Source of the DNA: Candidatus Altimarinota bacterium
GTDB taxonomy: Bacteria > Patescibacteriota > Gracilibacteria > UBA1369
NCBI GenBank assembly: GCA_041659405.1
Contig: JBAZYK010000001.1
Span: 90,001 to 122,000, forward strand
DNA: 32,000 nucleotides
Direction: 5' to 3'
Shown: piece after piece, positions 8,168-14,374 of the stretch
How positions within the stretch are numbered: position 1 is the first letter of the stretch
Layout: every line of letters begins with the position of its first letter
Translations under genes and position numbers: made by a program
The notes under the pieces: model-generated
Told to the model about the DNA's origin: nothing
Database searches by the model: none
Seen by the model: only the letters and a program-made list of their open reading frames with translations

Positions 8168-11038
8168 ATGGACATCAAGAAATTTATTTCAGAAAAGAAA
8201 GTAGCACTGCTTGTTACAGCAGGTGTTTTAGTTGCCGTAACCGCAGGTGCGTTTTACTTCTCCCAAGGTAGTTTGTTTAAGGGGGCTTTACCTGGACTTA
8301 GGCCAGTAGGCGTAAGTGGAGTTACTGTGACACCTACAACTTTTGATTCAACAAAAGATGGGCAGTCTGTAGATATTACTTTAGACTATTACTTTAACCA
8401 AAGTGATGGGTATAATAGTAAAGTAAATATTAAATTGTTCAAAAATGGAGACTCTTCTCCTGTAGTGGATGTGGATAAGGTTTCCACTGATGGAAAAATT
8501 AATTTTTTTGAATGGCATACTCCTTATTCCAAGGCGTTAGATGGTACTTATACTTTCAAACTTGATTATTTATATAAAGGGCCACTTGATGTTAATGGTG
8601 TTACAAAAACAGTTACTTCCCCACCTTTCACAATTCTGACGTCGGTACCTCCTGGTGGAATGCCCCCGGGTATTCCTGTTGCAGCTATTAATAAAGTTAC
8701 CGTGATACCTGCTAGTTACGAATATTCTGTTGGACAAAGCGCAAATATGAGCTTTACCCTGGATTACTTTTTCCAAAAAGATGATGGAGATAAAGACCCA
8801 AAAGTAACAATCACAGTAATGAAGTCCGGTGGTGGTCTGCTTAAAGATACTGTAGCCAATCCTGCTATGGCCTTATCAGGTAACCAACTTGTAACTAATG
8901 GTGGTGAAAATAAATTTTCCTGGGATAAATCATATGATCCAAATTTAGATGGTACATATTATTTTAAACTTGATTATTCATATCAAAATTCGGATCCGGT
9001 TCCGCAACTTGTAACTTTGTCAGTTAAATCACCAACTTTCACAATTAATCATGTTGCTGCTGTAAAACCAGATGCAAGCTGTAAACCATCTTTAAGCAGT
9101 GTCGTTTCAGGCTCATCAGTGAGTTGGACTGCAACGGTTACTCCTCAAGGCGCTTTGACACCTCTATATCATTGGAGTGGTGATGTAGCTGATGTTTCTC
9201 AGCTTGATATGAAATCACCTGAGTTAAGCTTTACTACTTCCTATAAAACTGTTGGCAAAAAAGCTGTTTATTTCAAGATTCCAGAAGGAATTAATAGTTA
9301 TAAATCTGTACTTTGTGATGGTTTGATGGTTAATGCGTCTGAACAAAAAGTTCCAACTTTAACCGGAACCGCTACCCCAATCAAATATACCTTGGGTCAA
9401 GGTGATATTAGTTTTGATGTAAAGGTTGCTAATGCAGCAGTTGGCAATCATGTAACATTTGCAGAAAAAGGATATCCAGATGCAATTTTGTTAGACAGGC
9501 CATTAATTAATGGCGCTACCGGTTATAAATTCAATCCAACAGATGTAAAATTGGCTGCCGGAAAATATGTAATGCTTGCGACATTATATGATGTAAGTGT
9601 TCAAAAACCTTACAGTGCCAAAAGTATTTCTCTTGATTCTGTGGAAATTCCATTTGAAGTTGTTTCAGCTGGTCAACCTCCTGCTGATAAAGATTTCCCA
9701 GCGGACCTGGCTTGTACTGTTAAACCACTGGTTTCAGCAAAAGTTGGTGATTCCGTTACTTGGTCTGTTAATAACATGATCTCAGGTACTACTTATAGTT
9801 GGAGTGTTTCTGGTTCTGGCGCTTATACAGGTACAAATAAGAATCTCTTGAAGCAGACTGCCCGTTCTTTTACGACTACTTACCCAGGTGCGGTAACGGC
9901 TAATATGACTGTGACTTTGGAACAAGCTGGCTATACTACAAAGAGTGTTGACTGTGGAGAACTTGAAATTGTAGCTGCTGCGGCTCCTGCTGATAAAGAT
10001 TTCCCAGCGAACTTGGCTTGTACTGTTCAACCACAAGGATCGGCAACGGTTGATAATAACGTAACTTGGACTGTTGCTAATGCCCCATCAGGTACAACTT
10101 ATAGTTGGAGTGTTTCTGGTTCTGGCGCTTATACAGGTACAAATAAGAATCTCTTGAAGCAGACTGCCCGTTCTTTTACGACTACTTACCCAGGTGCGGT
10201 AACGGCTAATATGACTGTGACTTTGGAACAAACTGGTTACAAGACAACAACTTTAGCCTGTGGAGAACTTGAAATTGTAGCTGTTTCTCCTCCAGGTCCA
10301 AACTGTGTCGGTTCAAGCTGTCCTCCTACTCCTACCGATTGTGTCGGTTCAAGCTGTCCTCCTGATCGTACTCCCGACTGCGTTGGTACCGCTTGTAATC
10401 CTGAACCTACTCCAACACCAACACCAACACCTACACCTACTCCAACTCCAACACCTACACCTGTTCCGGGATGTGCAGGTTACTATGACATTCCGTTGAA
10501 TTCTACTACATGCCAAAAATATTCTACTATTTTGCAGGATGTAAAAGATCGCGGCATTATGACAGGTACCGCAGATGGCAATTTTGATCCTTATGGTTAC
10601 TTACAACGTGATCAGATTTTGAAGGTGCTTAAGCTGGGTAGACTTGTAAACGAGAAATTATGTACTAATTTGTCACCATTCCCGGATGTTCCTCGTGGTC
10701 TTTGGTCTTGCAGCTTAATTGCTGAAGCACAACAGGCCGGCTGGATTACAGGTTATTTGGATACAGGACTTTACATGCCTTATAATCCGGTTAATCGTGC
10801 TGAATTCACAGCAATATTGTTCCGCATGTTAACTCGTACTTTTAACTTCCATGCTCCTTTGGATGCATCAATTAATTTTAGCGATGTTCCAACAGACGTT
10901 TGGTTCAGCCGTTTTGCGGCTGCCGCCTATAAGTTGGCCTGGTTTAGTGGAACGTTTATGTATCCTGATAAGCCAATGACCAGAATTGAAGTTGCCCAGA
11001 TCATTCATCAATTGTATGTAAATGGACAAATAAATTAA
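8168..11038 (+). CDS. Surface protein paralog 3: N-terminal anchor, duplicated beta-sandwich modules, Cys-bounded Ig-like modules (two in tandem), CVGxxC and PT linker, C-terminal triple SLH-like module
   Basis: 956 aa ORF. N-terminus MDIKKFISEKKVALLVTAGVLVAVTAGAFYFSQGSLFKG. Duplicated ...LDGTYTFKLDY / ...LDGTYYFKLDY modules. Modules CKPSLSS..., CTVKPLVSAKVGDSVTWSV..., CTVQPQGSATVDNNVTWTV.... Motif CVGSSCPP x2 plus CVGTAC, then (PT)n. C-terminal PGCAGYYD block with SLH motifs (FPDVPRGLWSCSLIAEAQQAGWITGY...PVNRAEFTAILFRML). Confidence 0.8.
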   Translation: MDIKKFISEKKVALLVTAGVLVAVTAGAFYFSQGSLFKGALPGLRPVGVSGVTVTPTTFDSTKDGQSVDITLDYYFNQSDGYNSKVNIKLFKNGDSSPVVDVDKVSTDGKINFFEWHTPYSKALDGTYTFKLDYLYKGPLDVNGVTKTVTSPPFTILTSVPPGGMPPGIPVAAINKVTVIPASYEYSVGQSANMSFTLDYFFQKDDGDKDPKVTITVMKSGGGLLKDTVANPAMALSGNQLVTNGGENKFSWDKSYDPNLDGTYYFKLDYSYQNSDPVPQLVTLSVKSPTFTINHVAAVKPDASCKPSLSSVVSGSSVSWTATVTPQGALTPLYHWSGDVADVSQLDMKSPELSFTTSYKTVGKKAVYFKIPEGINSYKSVLCDGLMVNASEQKVPTLTGTATPIKYTLGQGDISFDVKVANAAVGNHVTFAEKGYPDAILLDRPLINGATGYKFNPTDVKLAAGKYVMLATLYDVSVQKPYSAKSISLDSVEIPFEVVSAGQPPADKDFPADLACTVKPLVSAKVGDSVTWSVNNMISGTTYSWSVSGSGAYTGTNKNLLKQTARSFTTTYPGAVTANMTVTLEQAGYTTKSVDCGELEIVAAAAPADKDFPANLACTVQPQGSATVDNNVTWTVANAPSGTTYSWSVSGSGAYTGTNKNLLKQTARSFTTTYPGAVTANMTVTLEQTGYKTTTLACGELEIVAVSPPGPNCVGSSCPPTPTDCVGSSCPPDRTPDCVGTACNPEPTPTPTPTPTPTPTPTPTPVPGCAGYYDIPLNSTTCQKYSTILQDVKDRGIMTGTADGNFDPYGYLQRDQILKVLKLGRLVNEKLCTNLSPFPDVPRGLWSCSLIAEAQQAGWITGYLDTGLYMPYNPVNRAEFTAILFRMLTRTFNFHAPLDASINFSDVPTDVWFSRFAAAAYKLAWFSGTFMYPDKPMTRIEVAQIIHQLYVNGQIN
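9677..10288 (+). repeat. Tandem duplication, 2 x 306 bp (102 aa Ig-like module), inside paralog 3
   Basis: Both units start with cctgctgataaagatttcccagcg. 9791-9925 is identical base for base to 10097-10231 (135 nt), whereas the preceding ~70 nt (KPLVSAKVGDSVTWSVNNMIS vs QPQGSATVDNNVTWTVANAPS) and the following ~40 nt are diverged. Confidence 0.9.
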
Positions 11039-11112
11039 TCATGGAGAATGCAGGTGAATAAGCAGCTGACGCAAAAAAAACGCGCTCGCTCGAGGAAGGA
11101 AATCAAAAAAAA

Positions 11113-11141
11113 TTGCCTTTCTCACAAAAAAATTATATATT
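11113..11141 (+). promoter_or_regulatory. Candidate sigma70-type promoter of the pilin gene
   Basis: TTGCCT (11113-11118), a 17-nt spacer, then TATATT (11136-11141), 29 nt upstream of the ATG at 11170. Confidence 0.45.
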
Positions 11142-11169
11142 TATTAAGAATTTCTTTAACAAAATACAC

Positions 11170-11697
11170 ATGAAAACAAACTTAAAAAATTGGTCACAGG
11201 GTGCACTCAAGGGCTTCACGCTCATTGAATTACTCATCGTGATCACAATTATCGGTATCCTAGCAGTGGCTTTGTTGCCATCAGTACTAGGTGCTCCAGC
11301 CCGCGCAAGAGACGCGGCTAGAAAAGCGGATTTGAATAACATTGTTGCGGGATTGGAAACTTATAATAGTGATAATCAAAAGTATCCTGATACTGCTGGT
11401 AATTGTAGTGCTGTTGATGGTCTAACAAATTTCTCACAATATTTTCAGGGGGGCAAAATACCAAAAGATCCTCAGACAGGTTCATATCTATACTGTGGAG
11501 TTACAGGGAATGGGTCAGTGTCATATTACATCGTTTCCAAAGTTGAAATCGCAGGTGATGGAAATGCTTATTACGCTAGCGCTCCTTCAACTTCTATATT
11601 AGCTGATGTTTTTGGAGGTGCGACAATAATTGATCAATGTAAGCCAAAAAAATCAGCTGCAGCAAATGATTGTAATTACTATTTAATTGTAAAATAA
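11170..11697 (+). CDS. Type IV pilin / pseudopilin with class III (prepilin) signal
   Basis: MKTNLKNWSQGALKG|FTLIELLIVITIIGILAVALLPS is the canonical prepilin peptidase site G/FTLIEL with Glu at +5. C-terminal Cys pair (DQCKPKKSAAANDCNYY) as in pilin D-regions. The ORF-track start at 11113 (TTG) overlaps the putative promoter and adds 19 non-pilin residues, so ATG 11170 is preferred. Confidence 0.85.
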   Translation: MKTNLKNWSQGALKGFTLIELLIVITIIGILAVALLPSVLGAPARARDAARKADLNNIVAGLETYNSDNQKYPDTAGNCSAVDGLTNFSQYFQGGKIPKDPQTGSYLYCGVTGNGSVSYYIVSKVEIAGDGNAYYASAPSTSILADVFGGATIIDQCKPKKSAAANDCNYYLIVK

Positions 11698-11719
11698 TTT
11701 ATTAGATGGATTTTTAAAA

Positions 11720-11750
11720 AGCTCTCCCTTAAACCCGGAGGGCTTTTTTT
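11720..11750 (+). terminator. Rho-independent terminator after the pilin gene; founder copy of the cassette junction
   Basis: AGCTCTCC-cttaaaccc-GGAGGGCT forms an 8-bp stem with one G-T pair, followed by TTTTTTT. Degenerate copies of the same sequence plus the TTGTTGTYT junction occur at about 12905-12940 and 14040-14062. Confidence 0.65.
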
Positions 11751-11891
11751 GTTGTTTAAAGAATTGCGCTGCGTTTTTTGTACCAATGTGTTCGGATTGA
11801 GTGGGGCGCGCGGCGCCTGCACTGCTTGCGCACTTTCGCGCTGACCTTTGGATTGCACCACTTTAGGTGAGTCAAAAAACTCCGTAGCATT

Positions 11892-12025
11892 TTAAAACAA
11901 TTTTGCCATAATTCAAAAGTGGCGTGATTTGCGTTTTGGTATTCCGATTTTACGGCTTACATATGCCACATTCTCAATTCGCACCCTTCCTCCCCGGGGA
12001 GGGATTACCGGCCAAGGCGCACTTT
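11892..12025 (+). repeat. Non-coding module X, copy 1 (~135 nt)
   Basis: ttaaaacaattttgccataattcaaaagtggcgtgatttgcgttttggtattccgattttacggcttacatatgccacattctcaattcgcacccttCCTCCCCGGGGAGGgattaccggccaaggcgcacttt. Only 2-3 differences from copy 2. Contains the 14-nt palindrome 11989-12002. Confidence 0.9.
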
Positions 12026-12090
12026 CTTGTGTCGGCGGTTTTGGCTCGATGGGGTTGGAGTGTGCCCGGGGCTGACGAATTTTTTCAAAT

Positions 12091-12249
12091 AAAGAATTGG
12101 ACAAGAGGACGCAGCCGTTTGGTTCGCAAAGCCAAAAAACAAAGAATTTGCCAATATGGGAAAATAGTCCACAATCGACTCCGGTAATCCGTAAATTTTG
12201 GCTTCAGGAAAAGAATAATCGCCAATTTTAAAAAAGTCCCCCGGGGGAC
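12091..12249 (+). repeat. Non-coding module Y, copy 1 (~159 nt), ending in the palindrome GTCCCCCGGGGGAC
   Basis: aaagaattgg...ttcgcaaagccaaaaaacaaagaatttgccaatatgggaaaatagtccacaatcgactccggtaatccgtaaattttggcttcaggaaaagaataatcgccaattttaaaaaaGTCCCCCGGGGGAC. Palindrome at 12236-12249, preceded by A6 (12230-12235), which is a hairpin plus T6 on the minus strand. Confidence 0.9.
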
Positions 12250-12253
12250 ATCC

Positions 12254-12350
12254 GATGATTTTATGCCGATTTCATAATCAGTTTAATTTTTTTTAATGTT
12301 GGAAGATTAAACTGGACAGCGAATCTGGAATTTTTGCTAAACGGATTTTT
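12254..12350 (+). promoter_or_regulatory. Module Z, copy 1: conserved upstream region / 5' leader of PIN cassette gene 1
   Basis: gatgattttatgccgatttcataatcagttt...ttttaatgttggaagattaaactggacagcgaatctggaatttttgctaaacggattttt directly precedes the ATG. It differs from copy 3 (14278-14374) at about six positions by eye. Contains a CATAAT -10-like hexamer and the inverted motif TTATG-N7-CATAA. The function (promoter, operator or leader) is inferred. Confidence 0.5.
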
Positions 12351-12752
12351 ATGGAAACTATCATGTTGGACAGCTCGGTTTGGATATCGTTATTGGGACA
12401 GGATGTGAACACGGAAAATGCTGAAAAAATTCATGATCACATTAAATCACTAAAATGTGAGATAATATTACCCATAATTATTTATGTAGAAGTTACAAAT
12501 AATATTATTAAACTGGATAAAACCGGCTTGATTAGGGGGAATTTCGAGGAAATTATTAGATTAAATAAAATAAAAATCCTTTTTCCGTCAGAGAAATTTT
12601 GGTACAATGCGATTGTTAATTGTACAAAAGGAATAAGGCTTAAAACGCTCGATTTGCTGATTCTTAACAGTGTCCTTGAATATAAAGTCGGAGAATTCTT
12701 CACTTTTGATAAAAAACTTAAAGCAGCATATGATTTAATCAAAAAATTATGA
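12351..12752 (+). CDS. PIN-domain protein (VapC-like), cassette 1
   Basis: 133 aa. The four PIN acidic positions are readable: MLDSSVWI (D), IIYVEVTNN (E), LKTLDLLIL (D), FFTFDKKL (D). Paralogous to the ORFs at 13454 and 14375. Confidence 0.8.
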   Translation: METIMLDSSVWISLLGQDVNTENAEKIHDHIKSLKCEIILPIIIYVEVTNNIIKLDKTGLIRGNFEEIIRLNKIKILFPSEKFWYNAIVNCTKGIRLKTLDLLILNSVLEYKVGEFFTFDKKLKAAYDLIKKL

Positions 12753-12874
12753 AAAAATCTGTAAAAAGAAAATCAAAAAAACTGGAGGAGCAAAAACTGC
12801 TCATAAAAATCCGTTTGGCACGTGTAAAAATACCGGGCAATGATTCCGTAAAGTACATACAAAGCAACAGGTAA
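12749..12874 (+). CDS. Small basic ORF (41 aa) overlapping the PIN stop codon (ATGA); candidate cognate partner
   Basis: MKKSVKRKSKKLEEQKLLIKIRLARVKIPGNDSVKYIQSNR. Below the ORF-track length cut-off and found by hand. The C-terminus DSVKYIQSNR is conserved in the equivalent ORFs at 13857 and 14775. Confidence 0.55.
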   Translation: MKKSVKRKSKKLEEQKLLIKIRLARVKIPGNDSVKYIQSNR

Positions 12875-12939
12875 GCTTGAGGATACGAGAGCGTGAGGTC
12901 AAAAGCCCTCCCCTTAAATCCGGCGTTTTTTTGTTGTCT

Positions 12940-13074
12940 TTAAAACAATTTTGCCATAATTCAAAAGTGGCGTGGTTTGCGTTTTGGTATTCCGATTTTA
13001 CGGCTTACATATGCCACATTCTCAATTCACACCCTTCCTCCCCGGGGAGGGATTACCGGCCAAGGCGCACTTTT
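12940..13074 (+). repeat. Non-coding module X, copy 2
   Basis: Near-identical to 11892-12025. Palindrome CCTCCCCGGGGAGG at 13037-13050. Absent from cassette 3. Confidence 0.9.
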
Positions 13075-13082
13075 GTTCGTAT

Positions 13083-13241
13083 AAAGAATTGCGCAGGGTA
13101 ACGCAGAAGTTTGGCTCGCAAAGCCAAAAAACAAAGAATTTGCCAATATGGGAAAATGATTCGCAACAGACTCCGGTAATCCGTAAATTTTGGCTTCAGG
13201 AAGAGAAGAATCGCCAATTTTAAAAAAGTCCCCCGGGGGAC
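13083..13241 (+). repeat. Non-coding module Y, copy 2
   Basis: Aligns end to end with 12091-12249 and 14063-14221. Palindrome at 13228-13241, preceded by A6 (13222-13227). Confidence 0.9.
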
Positions 13242-13336
13242 AATTTATGAAGCAGGAACCCGGCGGAGTGCCATACGGTGGCTTGCCGCTGCGGAGGTGA
13301 AATTTGGGGCGGTAATTATGCGCACTTTTTCAGGCC

Positions 13337-13412
13337 AATGATTTTATGCCGATTTCATAATCCGTTTAAAAAATTTTAATGTCGAAAGATTAAACTGGAC
13401 AGCGAAATCTAG
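13337..13412 (+). promoter_or_regulatory. Module Z, copy 2 (partial; its 3' part is replaced by unrelated sequence)
   Basis: aatgattttatgccgatttcataatccgtttaaaaaattttaatgtcgaaagattaaactggacagcgaaatct matches copies 1 and 3. The similarity is lost about 40 nt before the start codon. Confidence 0.45.
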
Positions 13413-13453
13413 CCGGCGGTTAGGTTTTTCGGTTATCATTGATTATGTTACTT

Positions 13454-13876
13454 ATGAAAACGGCACTTTTGGACAGCTCGGTTTGGATATCGTCTTTTAT
13501 CAAAGATGTTCATGAACAAAAAGTGAAATCAATTTTTGATAAGTTAATGATGGAAAATGCAAAAATAATATTACCGAAAATTGTTTATGCTGAGATTATG
13601 AATAACCTCATTCGCGTTGATCACACTTGCAAACTTTCCCGCAAAGCAAAGGAAAATCTATTAAATAATGTAAAAATAAGTGTTATCGACTTTAAAGCGG
13701 AATTCTGGCATAAGAAAATCGAGTACTATGCAAAATCGGTCCGGCTCAAAACTATGGATCTTTTGATTCTTGCATCTGCATTTGAATTTAATGTAAATGA
13801 GTTTTATACTTTTGATGTGAAATTGATGAATGCTTTTAATATTTTAAAATCGCGCCATGATAAAAAAAACAATTAA
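13454..13876 (+). CDS. PIN-domain protein (VapC-like), cassette 2
   Basis: MKTALLDSSVWISSF... aligns with METIMLDSSVWIS of the paralogs. Acidic positions D (LLDSS), E (IVYAEIMNN), D (LKTMDLLIL), D (FYTFDVKL). ATG 13454 chosen by alignment; in-frame TTG 13439 and ATG 13445 are possible. Confidence 0.8.
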   Translation: MKTALLDSSVWISSFIKDVHEQKVKSIFDKLMMENAKIILPKIVYAEIMNNLIRVDHTCKLSRKAKENLLNNVKISVIDFKAEFWHKKIEYYAKSVRLKTMDLLILASAFEFNVNEFYTFDVKLMNAFNILKSRHDKKNN

Positions 13877-13991
13877 ACGAAAGAAACAGGAAAAACGGGA
13901 TTTAAAATTTCTTATCAAGGAGCTTGATAAGGTGCAGATTAGCGTTGGAAAGAAGTTTGATTCCGTAAAGTTCATACACAGTAATAGATAA
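13857..13991 (+). CDS. Small basic ORF (44 aa) overlapping the 3' end of PIN gene 2 by 20 nt
   Basis: MIKKTIKRKKQEKRDLKFLIKELDKVQISVGKKFDSVKFIHSNR. Conserved C-terminus DSVKFIHSNR. Confidence 0.55.
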   Translation: MIKKTIKRKKQEKRDLKFLIKELDKVQISVGKKFDSVKFIHSNR

Positions 13992-14062
13992 GCCTAAGGA
14001 TGCGAGAGTGAGGTCTATTCAAAGAGACTTATCTTTACCCCTGGAGGGCTTTTTTGTTGTCT

Positions 14063-14221
14063 AAAGGATTGCGCAAGGGAACGTAGCAGTTTGGCTCGCA
14101 AAGCCGAAAAACAAAGAATTTGCCAATATGGGAAAATAGTCCACAATCGACTCCGGTAATCCGTAAATTTTGGCTTCAGGAAGAGAAGAATCGCCAATTT
14201 TAAAAAAGTCCCCCGGGGGAC
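14063..14221 (+). repeat. Non-coding module Y, copy 3
   Basis: Aligns with 12091-12249 and 13083-13241. Palindrome at 14208-14221, preceded by A6 (14202-14207). Here Y directly follows the terminator-like junction because module X is missing. Confidence 0.9.
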
Positions 14222-14277
14222 AATTTATGAAGCAGGAACCCGGCGGAGTGCCATACGGGGGCTTGCTCCTGCGAGCC

Positions 14278-14374
14278 GATGATTTTATGTCGATTTCATA
14301 ATCAGTTTAAAAATTTTTAATGTCGGAAGATTAAACTGGACAGTGAATCTGGAATTTTTGCTAAACGGATTTTT
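14278..14374 (+). promoter_or_regulatory. Module Z, copy 3: conserved upstream region / 5' leader of PIN cassette gene 3
   Basis: Near-identical to 12254-12350. The identity continues through the first ~45 nt of the CDS (atggaaactatcatgttggacagctcggtttggatatcgtt). Confidence 0.5.

Noticed and set aside
9677-10288. The 306-bp repeat pair in paralog 3 as a diversity-generating retroelement template/variable repeat pair
   Set aside because: No reverse transcriptase or accessory gene is nearby. Both copies are in-frame modules of the same protein. The differences are clustered substitutions of all types, not adenine-specific changes.
11113-11169. ORF-track start (TTG 11113) of the pilin gene
   Set aside because: It would add 19 residues (MPFSQKNYIFIKNFFNKIH) ahead of an already complete prepilin leader, and it overlaps a good -35/-10 pair. 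ATG 11170 is preferred.
11924-13223. ORFs 11924..12187 (87 aa) and 12972..13223 (83 aa) spanning non-coding modules X and Y
   Set aside because: Both start with GTG and share the first ~35 residues only because the DNA is near-identical. A ~55-nt insertion in copy 1 shifts the frame, so the two ORFs read module Y in different frames (RKAKKQRICQYGK vs SQSQKTKNLPIWEN). Cassette 3 lacks module X entirely. This is not consistent with a conserved protein.
14015-14197. Minus-strand 60-aa ORF inside module Y copy 3 (AILLFLKPKFTDYR...), partly matching the plus-strand ORF over the inverted copy at 6990-7120
   Set aside because: The amino-acid similarity is no better than expected from ~75% nucleotide identity. 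The start would be a TTG immediately after a terminator hairpin. Equivalent ORFs in copies 1 and 2 are not reported as open.
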